From Microcystaceae cyanobacterium (GTDB lineage Bacteria > Cyanobacteriota > Cyanobacteriia > Cyanobacteriales > Microcystaceae), in assembly GCA_041746575.1 (NCBI GenBank), contig JBGTGT010000120.1:11339-75338 (forward strand): a stretch of DNA of 64,000 bases, written 5' to 3'. Below, in pieces: positions 56,503 to 64,000 of the stretch. A model generated the notes under the pieces. The model had not been told where the DNA came from. It saw nothing but the letters and a program-made list of their open reading frames with translations, and ran no database searches. Position 1 is the first letter of the stretch. Every line of letters starts with the position of its first letter. The position numbers and the translations under genes are program-made.

Positions 56503-57504
56503 ATGATTCAGGCTTATGCGGCTCATAAACCCGGTGGCGAATTAAAGCCCTTTGAATATGACCCCGGTGCGATAGGCGAGGAAGACGTCGAAATTTCAGT
56601 TGAATACTGCGGAATTTGCCACAGTGATCTCAGTATGCTCAACAATGAGTGGGGAATGACCCAATATCCTCTCGTACCGGGTCATGAAGTGGTCGGAAAA
56701 ATCACCGATTTAGGGTCAAATGTTCACCATCTCAATATCGGACAAACCGTTGGCGTGGGTTGGTTTTCTAAGTCCTGTATGGTTTGTCATCAATGTATGT
56801 CTGGAAATCATAACCTCTGTCCCACCGTCGAAAGTACGATTGTCGGACGATATGGGGGGTTTGCAGACAAAGTTAGGGTACATCACAGCTGGACGACCCC
56901 TTTACCCGATGGCATCAATCCAGAGACGGCAGGGCCGCTATTTTGTGGAGGTATCACGGTCTTCAATCCAATTATTCAGTGTAACGTACAACCCACTGAT
57001 CGAGTCGGGGTGATCGGTATTGGTGGCCTCGGTCACATGGCGATTCAGTTTCTCAGCGCGTGGGGATGTGAGGTAACGGCTTTCTCCAGTAATCCCAGTA
57101 AGGAAGCGGAAGTTAGACAACTCGGCGCACACCATTTTGTCAATTCCCGCGACCCAGAAGCCTTAGAAAGCGTGGCTAATTCCTTTGATTTTATCCTCTC
57201 AACGGTTAGCGCAGATTTAGATTGGTCCAGTTATATTGATATCTTAAAACCCAAAGGACGGTTTCATATAGTAGGCGTTGCCCCAAATCCGTTACAAATT
57301 CCCGTTTTTCCCCTAATTATGGGACAAAAGTCCGTTTCTGCTAGTCCGTTAGGCAGTCCCGCTACGGTGGCAACGATGTTAGACTTTGCGGCACGTCATC
57401 AGGTTGAACCCATTACGGAGTTTTTCCCCTTCAGTGAAGTTAATGAGGCGATCGCACGTTTAGAGAGTGGCAAAGCAAGATATCGCATTGTTTTAAAGGG
57501 TTAA
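56503..57504 (+). CDS. NAD(P)-dependent Zn alcohol dehydrogenase (cinnamyl-ADH/Ahr type)
   Basis: CGICHSD, GHEVVG, CxxCxxC structural zinc site, GIGGLG. Confidence 0.92.
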   Translation: MIQAYAAHKPGGELKPFEYDPGAIGEEDVEISVEYCGICHSDLSMLNNEWGMTQYPLVPGHEVVGKITDLGSNVHHLNIGQTVGVGWFSKSCMVCHQCMSGNHNLCPTVESTIVGRYGGFADKVRVHHSWTTPLPDGINPETAGPLFCGGITVFNPIIQCNVQPTDRVGVIGIGGLGHMAIQFLSAWGCEVTAFSSNPSKEAEVRQLGAHHFVNSRDPEALESVANSFDFILSTVSADLDWSSYIDILKPKGRFHIVGVAPNPLQIPVFPLIMGQKSVSASPLGSPATVATMLDFAARHQVEPITEFFPFSEVNEAIARLESGKARYRIVLKG

Positions 57505-57599
57505 AATTAATTTTAAAACAAGGGGAACAACTTAATAGATAAGAGAATAAAGAGCGATCACTTTTCTTGTCCTAACTTTATGTAGCCCCTTCCCCAAGA

Positions 57600-58802
57600 T
57601 TAACAATAATTTGACAAAAGAGCATGATTAGCAATGGCTTGACCAATTTCCAAAGAAGAAGTAGCCGCCGGAGATGGCGCATTACAAACGTGTAAAGCAT
57701 GATTATCTTCTACGATTAAAAAATCTTCGACTAATTGACCGGAATGAGTCAATGCTTGAGCGCGAACCCCCGCACCAGAAGGAACAACATCTTTTTCAGT
57801 AATATTTGGAATTAAGGCTTGTAAGCTTTTTACAAAGGCTTTTTTACTCAAAGAACGAATCATTTCTTGAATTCCTTCATCAGCGTATTTAAACGCTAAT
57901 TGCCAAAATCCTTGATAAGAAATCACCTCTAAAAAGTCTTTAAGATCGAAGTCTGTTTTCCGATAACCTTCTCGTTTTAAGCTTAACACCGCATTAGGAC
58001 CAGCGTGAATACTGCCATCAATCATACGGGTAAAATGCACCCCTAAGAAAGGAAAATCAGGATTGGGTACAGGATAAATAAGGTTTTTGACTAAATAAGC
58101 TTTTTCGGGCGTTAATTCATAATATTCTCCCCGAAAAGGAACAATTTTAGCTTGGGGGTTCACTCCTGCTTTTCGAGCAAGGCGATCGCTAAATAAACCG
58201 CTACAATTAATCAGAAATCGTGTCTCAATTTGACCTTGAGTTGTTTCAATAATTTTGCTTTGGGATTGATTGATAATATTTAAAACACAAGTATTTAATT
58301 GAATTTTTCCGCCTTGTTGTTGAATAATTTCGGCATATTTTTGACACACTTTTTTATAGTCAACAATACCTGTAGAGGGAACATAAATTCCCGCTAAACA
58401 ACGCACATAAGGTTCATATTCCCTAACTTCTTCTGCGGTTAATAATCTAGCATGAAGTTGATTGTCTAAACCTCTTTGATAAAGGCTATTTAAACGAGGT
58501 ATTTCTTCTTCTGTGGTAGCGACGATAACTTTGCCACATTGTTCATAGGGAATCTGATATTTTTGGCAAAACTGCACCATTGAAGTATTGCCCTCTCGGC
58601 AAAATTTCGCCTTAAAGCTATTGGGTTTATAGTAAATTCCAGAATGAATAACGCCGCTATTTCTTCCTGTTTGATGAAAGGCGACTTGAGACTCTTTTTC
58701 TAAGACAATAATAGACGCACCAGAAAACCGTTTCCCTAAGGCCATTGCCGTTGCTAAACCAACAATACCACCCCCAATAATTGCAAAATCGTAGCTCATC
58801 AT
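57600..58802 (-). CDS. lhgO: L-2-hydroxyglutarate oxidase
   Basis: GGGIVG, HQTGRNSGVIHSGIYY, PFLGVH, NAPSPAATSS. Confidence 0.93.
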   Translation of the reverse strand: MMSYDFAIIGGGIVGLATAMALGKRFSGASIIVLEKESQVAFHQTGRNSGVIHSGIYYKPNSFKAKFCREGNTSMVQFCQKYQIPYEQCGKVIVATTEEEIPRLNSLYQRGLDNQLHARLLTAEEVREYEPYVRCLAGIYVPSTGIVDYKKVCQKYAEIIQQQGGKIQLNTCVLNIINQSQSKIIETTQGQIETRFLINCSGLFSDRLARKAGVNPQAKIVPFRGEYYELTPEKAYLVKNLIYPVPNPDFPFLGVHFTRMIDGSIHAGPNAVLSLKREGYRKTDFDLKDFLEVISYQGFWQLAFKYADEGIQEMIRSLSKKAFVKSLQALIPNITEKDVVPSGAGVRAQALTHSGQLVEDFLIVEDNHALHVCNAPSPAATSSLEIGQAIANHALLSNYC

Positions 58803-59016
58803 TATATTTTAAGTTATAAATTGCATTGATTAAAGTTATCCTATCACTGAGTAAAGACCAAAATCAATCTTTCCTGACTTTCTCTAAAATATTTAGTTAA
58901 TACTGTTTCTTTTTCTCCTTGATGAAAAATATCTAAATTAGTTTTTTTCTAAGATTGTGCCTCACGTTCGTACTTATGGTTGATGAATCTTTTGAGGATA
59001 AAGTTTAATTTTATTA

Positions 59017-59376
59017 TTACTTGATAATTAATAGAACTTTTTCTCTTGTAAGAATTGTTGGCACATAGCGACTTCTTTTTGCTCGTACTGCATCAATCTG
59101 TAAATTTAATTCTTGTTTGAAAACTTCTTTATACAGAAATAAAATAGCACTTAAAGCCTGATTTTGAGTGGAAGCGGCAACATTTTCCGCAACAGCCAAG
59201 TGAGTTAAGAATTCTTCAACTTCTTTTCCACCCATTTCTCGTGGATGGCGTTTATTATGTAATAGGATATAGCGTTTAATCCAATTAATGTAACTTTTTT
59301 CCGTTTTATAAGAGTAATGCTTCACACGAATGACATCACGGACTTGTTCAAGGAGCTTTTTGGGGGGTTTATCCAT
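59017..59376 (-). pseudogene. intI: Truncated integron integrase (N-terminal SAM-like domain only)
   Basis: LLEQVRDVIRVKHYSYKTEKSY...HPREMG..EVEEFLTHLAV...VAASTQNQALSAILFLY...RAKR...P.ILT is the IntI N-terminus; ends in TAATAATAA before the catalytic domain. Confidence 0.9.
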
Positions 59377-59387
59377 CGGGGGATATT

Positions 59388-59552
59388 CAGAATGTTTCTG
59401 GATAATATGACTATTGGGTATGTTATCCCGAAAGTTTCTAGCTATCATCAGGGATTGTGCGGAATATTTCTGGATAATATCCTCTACAGGGGGATTAGAC
59501 GGAAAGTGTCAGCTTTTTGTCCCATAGGGGTTGACTATCCAGAAAATGTCGG
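59388..59552. repeat. Five phased 13-bp quasi-palindromes upstream of attI
   Basis: CAGAATGTTTCTG (59388), CCGAAAGTTTCTA (59428), CGGAATATTTCTG (59460), CGGAAAGTGTCAG (59500), CAGAAAATGTCGG (59540). Confidence 0.6.
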
Positions 59553-59558
59553 TATAAT
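59531..59558 (+). promoter_or_regulatory. Candidate cassette promoter Pc
   Basis: TTGACT-16 bp-TATAAT pointing into the cassette array. Confidence 0.65.
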
Positions 59559-59570
59559 AAATAGTTAGCA
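59552..59570 (+). mobile_element. Integron attI core site
   Basis: GTATAAT-AAATA-GTTAGCA (L box, 5-bp spacer, R box); GTTAGCAGTC is the exact reverse complement of GACTGCTAAC at the end of cassette 1. Confidence 0.75.
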
Positions 59571-59687
59571 GTCTAGAAGACTCCGTTAACTCAGTGCTTA
59601 AGCGGCTTTGATCCATTAGTCATGGACATCACGGAAATCAAGTATAATAGAGCGTCCTTATGGTGATCGCTCCAAACCTCAGCCAGC

Positions 59688-60332
59688 ATGAATGTTTTTG
59701 ATCGTTCTGACCATGTTTATGTCTCTCCCGACCTTGACGAGGTTATAAAAGACACAATACGGTTTTTTAATGGCACACCTGTACATTCAATTCCCACTCC
59801 AGAGCGTTTTCATGGTACGGGCGTATATGCTCTCTACTGCATTGCCAAATCTGGAATTTATTCAAAGTTTCATTTGGTGAATAGAACTGAATTTCGTATG
59901 CCAATTTATGTTGGAAAGGCTGTTCCAAAAGGATGGCGACAATCTAGGCTATTATCCTCTGTAGACACTAAGGTTTATGAGCTAAACAATCGAATCAAAG
60001 AACATAGCCGCAGCATTGACATTGGAGACGGCTTGAATAGCTCAGATTTTTTCTGCCGTTTTATGATTCTTGAGGGAAAAGAAAGCGATTTGATAGGCAC
60101 TGTCGAAGCAGCCCTAATCCGAAAGTACAGACCAATTTGGAATACTTTGATTGATGGCTTTGGTAATCATGATCCTGGAAAGGGTAGGTACGAGCAAGCA
60201 AAGTCAGATTGGGATGTCTGTCATCCAGGACGCACTTGGGCAGAAAAGTGTCAGGGAGTACCCGCAAACAAAGAAATCCTTTTCCAAAGTATTGAAGAGT
60301 TTTTGAGCAATTTAAATGAAGAAAATTCCTGA
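59688..60332 (+). CDS. Eco29kI-family GIY-YIG type II restriction endonuclease
   Basis: GVYALY...PIYVGKA GIY-YIG motif; WNTLIDGFGNHDPGKGR and WDVCHPGRTWA. Confidence 0.88.
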   Translation: MNVFDRSDHVYVSPDLDEVIKDTIRFFNGTPVHSIPTPERFHGTGVYALYCIAKSGIYSKFHLVNRTEFRMPIYVGKAVPKGWRQSRLLSSVDTKVYELNNRIKEHSRSIDIGDGLNSSDFFCRFMILEGKESDLIGTVEAALIRKYRPIWNTLIDGFGNHDPGKGRYEQAKSDWDVCHPGRTWAEKCQGVPANKEILFQSIEEFLSNLNEENS

Positions 60333-61476
60333 AATATCTTGCTTGGAGCTATTTGCTGGTGCTGGTGGATTAGCAAAAGGGCTAGAACTCTCTGGAATTA
60401 AGCACAAAGCTTTAATCGAATGGAATAAGGATGCCTGTCAAACACTGATAAATAACTATAGCAATAAGCTTGTTCATAATATAGATATTCGCTCATTCCA
60501 GTTTGATCAGTTTGGTCATATTGACATGGTTTCAGGAGGCCCTCCTTGTCAACCATTTTCAATGGGGGGAAAGCACAAAGGAAATATGGATCAGCGAGAT
60601 ATGTTCCCTTATGCTTGCAAGGCTATCAGCACTTATACGCCAAAAATTTTCATTCTTGAGAATGTCAAAGGTCTCTTACGAAAATCATTTAATAATTACT
60701 TTGAGTACATTATTCTAAGATTAACTTATCCTGATATTCAGTCCAAGACTTCAGAAGACTGGGAAGATCATCTAAGAAGACTTGAGAAAATTCACACATC
60801 TGGAAAATTCGATTCCATTAAATATAATGTAATTTTTCGGCTAGTAGACGCAGCAAATTATGGTATTCCACAGCGCCGTGAACGTGTTTTTATTGTCGGT
60901 ATAAGAAAAGACTTAAATATAAAGTGGGCGTTTCCAAAAGAAACGCACTCTTTAGATTCATTGCTATGGTCGCAATTTGTTAGCTGTGATTATTGGGAAC
61001 GGCATAAGATCAAGCCTTCAGCCATTGAACACCTAGATGCAAGGAATCAGCAAAGAGTTCATCAACTGATTCAACAACCTACTTTATTTGCGCCATCTTT
61101 GGAGCCTTGGAAAACAGTGAGAGATCAAATTGGGGATCTCCCAGAACCTGATTTTGAAGGTAGTTTTGACAGTGAGCATGTTCTCAGAGAGGGTGCAAAA
61201 GCATACCCTGGACACACTGGCAGTTATATTGACATGCCTTCTAAAGCACTGAAAGCAGGAGATCACGGAGTTCCTGGAGGAGAAAATATGATTCGATATC
61301 CAGACGGTCAAGTTCGCTACTACACAACCTTTGAAGCTAAACGAATCCAGACTTTCCCAGATGATTATAAAATTTGGGGTTCATGGACAGAAGCAATGAG
61401 GCAGATTGGCAATGCTGTACCCGTAGAACTAAGTCACCATATAGCGAGTTCCTTAGCGCGAACAGTCTGTGTGTAA
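60316..61476 (+). CDS. C5 cytosine DNA methyltransferase, cognate to the endonuclease
   Basis: LFAGAGG, GGPPCQPFS, ENVKG, QRRER, QIGNAVP; overlaps the REase by 17 nt. Confidence 0.95.
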   Translation: MKKIPEISCLELFAGAGGLAKGLELSGIKHKALIEWNKDACQTLINNYSNKLVHNIDIRSFQFDQFGHIDMVSGGPPCQPFSMGGKHKGNMDQRDMFPYACKAISTYTPKIFILENVKGLLRKSFNNYFEYIILRLTYPDIQSKTSEDWEDHLRRLEKIHTSGKFDSIKYNVIFRLVDAANYGIPQRRERVFIVGIRKDLNIKWAFPKETHSLDSLLWSQFVSCDYWERHKIKPSAIEHLDARNQQRVHQLIQQPTLFAPSLEPWKTVRDQIGDLPEPDFEGSFDSEHVLREGAKAYPGHTGSYIDMPSKALKAGDHGVPGGENMIRYPDGQVRYYTTFEAKRIQTFPDDYKIWGSWTEAMRQIGNAVPVELSHHIASSLARTVCV

Positions 61477-61480
61477 CGAC

Positions 61481-61500
61481 TGCTAACGGGGTCGTTGGGC
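61481..61500 (+). mobile_element. Collapsed attC (R''-6 bp-R') between cassettes 1 and 2
   Basis: TGCTAAC-GGGGTC-GTTGGGC; both halves match their partner cassette ends. Confidence 0.7.
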
Positions 61501-61579
61501 GGCAGTTGTGGTATAGTATAGCTTGTGTTATTGAGTGAGAAACCATTCTCAAAAGCATTGTTCAGGGAGAACACTCTGT

Positions 61580-62035
61580 ATGTCCAAGTTCGACCTCGAA
61601 GTAACGCTGCGCGAGATTACTAAGGAAAACTGGCGTGATATCCTCCGCTTAAAAGTAGCCCCACACCAAGAGCAGTTCGTGGCATCCAACGCCGCGTCTA
61701 TCGCAGAAGCGCACTTCAATCCAGAGGTTGCTTGGTTCCGCGCGATCTACGCTGGTGACGTGCCAGTCGGTTTTTTAATGTTGGAAGACGACGTAGCTCA
61801 GCAAGAGTACTTTCTGTGGCGCTTTATGATAGGTGAGCAATACCAGGGGCGTGGGTACGGGCGAAAGGCGCTGGAGTTGTTCTTCGCACACGTCAAGACG
61901 CGCCCTGGAGCAGATGCGGTCGAAACAAGCTGTGTGCCAGCCAAAGGTGGTCCCGGCCCGTTCTACGAGAAGATGGGTTTTGTTTACACCGGAAAAGAAG
62001 AGGACGGCGAACTTGTGATGCGACGTGAATTGTGA
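61580..62035 (+). CDS. GNAT acetyltransferase (spermidine/spermine acetyltransferase-like), cassette 2
   Basis: LWRFMIGEQYQGRGYG and FYEKMGF; visibly more GC-rich than the host genes. Confidence 0.88.
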   Translation: MSKFDLEVTLREITKENWRDILRLKVAPHQEQFVASNAASIAEAHFNPEVAWFRAIYAGDVPVGFLMLEDDVAQQEYFLWRFMIGEQYQGRGYGRKALELFFAHVKTRPGADAVETSCVPAKGGPGPFYEKMGFVYTGKEEDGELVMRREL

Positions 62036-62063
62036 TCTAGAAATGGTAGGTGGGTAGCGATCC

Positions 62064-62151
62064 GCCCAACAATTCAAATGCAGGCGGACGATCGAAAGCC
62101 GCTGGTTCTGAGTTCGAGGTTATTTGCCGCCGCTGATTTGAGCCGTTATGC
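62064..62151 (+). mobile_element. Full-length attC site (88 bp)
   Basis: R'' GCCCAAC; TCAAATGCAGGCGG pairs with CCGCTGATTTGA with extrahelical bases; R' GTTATGC. Confidence 0.88.
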
Positions 62152-62206
62152 CTCCACTTTTCAATTTAAATAAATTATCAAATGCTGCATTTAAAGAATA
62201 TAACCT

Positions 62207-62566
62207 ATGCCAACCATCACAACTTATAGTTGTCCAAACTGCAAGCGACAATTTTGCAGAGGATTGAATATGCCTAACTATGGACCTCCGGTTATTCGTT
62301 GTGCTCAATATAGTTCCTTGGTAAAGACAGGGTGGCATAAGCGTGTAAATATGTGGGATAAAATCCAAGCTTGCTTACCTATAATTGTTGGTTTGGGGTG
62401 GCTCATATTCATCTTCACAAGGAAGGAGGGCGATGTCATGCCGAAATTCTTGGTTGGCGCTATCGGTTTTCTGATCGGACTTTTTGGGGGATGGTCTCGC
62501 TTTAGATTAATAAAAAAATACGAGAATTCAGTGGAAGCAAATTCGGATGATATTCCTACTTGGTAG
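62207..62566 (+). CDS. Hypothetical 2-TM protein with an N-terminal CxxC, cassette 3
   Basis: CPNC motif and two hydrophobic helices; first ORF after the attC. Confidence 0.65.
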   Translation: MPTITTYSCPNCKRQFCRGLNMPNYGPPVIRCAQYSSLVKTGWHKRVNMWDKIQACLPIIVGLGWLIFIFTRKEGDVMPKFLVGAIGFLIGLFGGWSRFRLIKKYENSVEANSDDIPTW

Positions 62567-62616
62567 TGCGATCGCTTATCATTTTAGGTAAACAGCAACA
62601 TTACTCCTATACTCCT

Positions 62617-62949
62617 ATGACATTAGCCTCCATCCCAACAAAGCAGTATATCGAGCAACGAGACAAAGAATATTGGATTGAAGGAACTCGTATCTCCCTT
62701 GATTCAGTTGTCTATTCTTTCTTGAACGGAGAATCGCCCGAAAGCATTGCCCAAAATTTTCCACTCCTTTCACTCGAACAGGTTTATGGCGCGATTGCTT
62801 TCTATCTTGCCAATCGAGAGCTTGTGGATGTGTATCTGAAAAAGGGTGAAGCCGAGTTTCAGCAACTACAACAGTCTTGTAGAGAAAAGAGCCCTTTGCT
62901 GTACCAAAAATTAAAGGCGGCTCAAGCCCAGAAGCAGAAAGCAGCATGA
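62617..62949 (+). CDS. DUF433 family putative antitoxin
   Basis: IEGTRISLDSVV...GESPESIAQNFPLLSLEQVYGAIAFY. Confidence 0.88.
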   Translation: MTLASIPTKQYIEQRDKEYWIEGTRISLDSVVYSFLNGESPESIAQNFPLLSLEQVYGAIAFYLANRELVDVYLKKGEAEFQQLQQSCREKSPLLYQKLKAAQAQKQKAA

Positions 62950-63299
62950 CAGAAATTCGCTTTCAAGCTGATGCCGATCTCAGACAGGCAATTGTGACTG
63001 GCGCAATCCGCAGACAACCAAATCTGGATTTTCAGTCAGCTAATGAAGCAGGGCTTGAAGGAATAAAAGATCCAGAAGTTTTAACCATTGCAGCATGGGA
63101 TGGTAGGGTGCTGGTCACGCACGATCGCAAAACTATGCCGACTGCGTTTGGTCAATTCATCATTTCGCAAACGAGTTCTGGTGTTCTAATTCTTTCTCAG
63201 AATCTTCCAATCAGCGAAGCGATCAATGCAATTATCTTAGTGTGGGAAGCATCTACGGCTGAGGAATGGATCAATCAGATTATGACTTTTCCATTTTGA
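62946..63299 (+). CDS. DUF5615 PIN-like putative toxin
   Basis: RFQADADL, DPEVL, RVLVTHD; ATGA overlap with the DUF433 gene. Confidence 0.85.
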   Translation: MTEIRFQADADLRQAIVTGAIRRQPNLDFQSANEAGLEGIKDPEVLTIAAWDGRVLVTHDRKTMPTAFGQFIISQTSSGVLILSQNLPISEAINAIILVWEASTAEEWINQIMTFPF

Positions 63300-63341
63300 A
63301 TGGCTATACAAGATTTGCTATTGAAATCCTCGGGAAATTCT

Positions 63342-63358
63342 GCATAACAACGTTAGAC
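63342..63358 (+). mobile_element. Collapsed attC (R''-3 bp-R') between cassettes 3 and 4
   Basis: GCATAAC-AAC-GTTAGAC; GCATAAC is the reverse complement of GTTATGC, which opens cassette 3. Confidence 0.65.
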
Positions 63359-63414
63359 AGCACATATCTCTACAAAAGTCGTTCCTGATCTAATGAAAAA
63401 AAGGTAATCAATTG

Positions 63415-63843
63415 ATGTCAAAGCTTATAACCAAGCTACTGTTCTCAGTTGGTGCCGTAGCGTTAATTATGATTCGCAAAATCCAACCTAATTTGTTACC
63501 AGCCGATGCCGTCACTCTTGGTCTGCTTGTTGTTGCAGTTCTGCCCTAGATTCCTTCTTTTATCGACATCGCTGAGTTTCCAGGGGGTTGGAAATTTCAA
63601 TGCAGAAAATTGGAAGCTACACAGGAGAGGCAGAATCGTGAAATCGAAAGCTTAAAATTTCTTATTAAGTATTTTGTTACTGATCGTGAGCTAGAACACC
63701 TCCAAAAATTGACAGGCAATGTGCCATCTTCCTAGGATTACGATGATTATCAAAGAGGGATTTTTGCCACGGAACTGCGGCGTTTACGCTCGTTTGACCT
63801 CATTCAGATGCAACCTAATAAATCTGACGGGGTGACAAGATAA
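63415..63843 (+). pseudogene. Cassette 4 membrane-protein pseudogene
   Basis: MSKLITKLLFSVGAVALI...VAVLP*IPSFIDIAEFPGGWKF...SS*DY...ELRRLRSFDLI; two in-frame TAG at 63547 and 63733. Confidence 0.7.
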
Positions 63844-63859
63844 GCTAAAAAGTCGATTG

Positions 63860-64000
63860 TAAGTATTTAGGCAAAATTGATTACATATTTAGTTCCAAAA
63901 TCTTTTAAGATTTGTTCGACAGCATAAACCAAGCTTGTCCAATCTTGATAGGCATCGACATCTAACCATTGATACTTCATAAATCGCCAAAGAATTTCAA
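63860..64000 (-). mobile_element. IS630-family element, right end and transposase C-terminus (partial)
   Basis: EILWRFMKYQWLDVDAYQDWTSLVYAVEQILKDFGTKYVINFA* (stop 63867-63869), then a TA at 63860-63861. Confidence 0.8.

Noticed and set aside
59377..59448. Longer N-terminus of IntI given in the ORF track
   Set aside because: IntI similarity starts at MDKPPKKLL; the extension runs through the repeat/promoter region
59388..59552. Regularly spaced motifs read as a degenerate CRISPR array
   Set aside because: Units are only 13 bp and poorly identical, spacers are too short, and there are no cas genes; the integron context explains them better
61471..61477. GTGTAAC as the R'' of the first attC
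   Set aside because: It includes the MTase stop codon and does not complement the cassette start, whereas GACTGCTAAC just downstream matches over 10 bp

Overview
A 64-kb chromosomal segment from a cyanobacterium, probably a unicellular Chroococcales-type organism. The evidence is the dense HIP1 octamer GCGATCGC, petL, an hli gene, narB/narM and an NtcA-type glnA promoter. Most of the window is housekeeping: pilQ, rimP-nusA-ylxR-infB, narB, aqpZ, moeA, htpX, ureF, rmlCD, aroB, lgt, guaA, cysH, purN, glnA and lhgO. Accessory parts are a sulfotransferase/glycosyltransferase island (about 33.9-39.2 kb), several decayed genes and IS remnants, and a chromosomal integron at the right end (59.0-64.0 kb). 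The integron has a truncated intI, an attI overlapped by a consensus promoter and preceded by five phased 13-bp motifs, and four cassettes. The cassettes carry an Eco29kI-like R-M pair, a GNAT, a membrane protein plus a DUF433/DUF5615 TA pair, and a pseudogene. One cassette boundary is a full 88-bp attC. The other two are collapsed to R''-spacer-R' sites of only 20 and 17 bp. Two unannotated structured leaders with alternative RBS-sequestering pairings were also found, one before a 50-aa membrane peptide and one before an SPS-like glycosyltransferase. All calls come from reading the sequence; no searches or folding programs were run.
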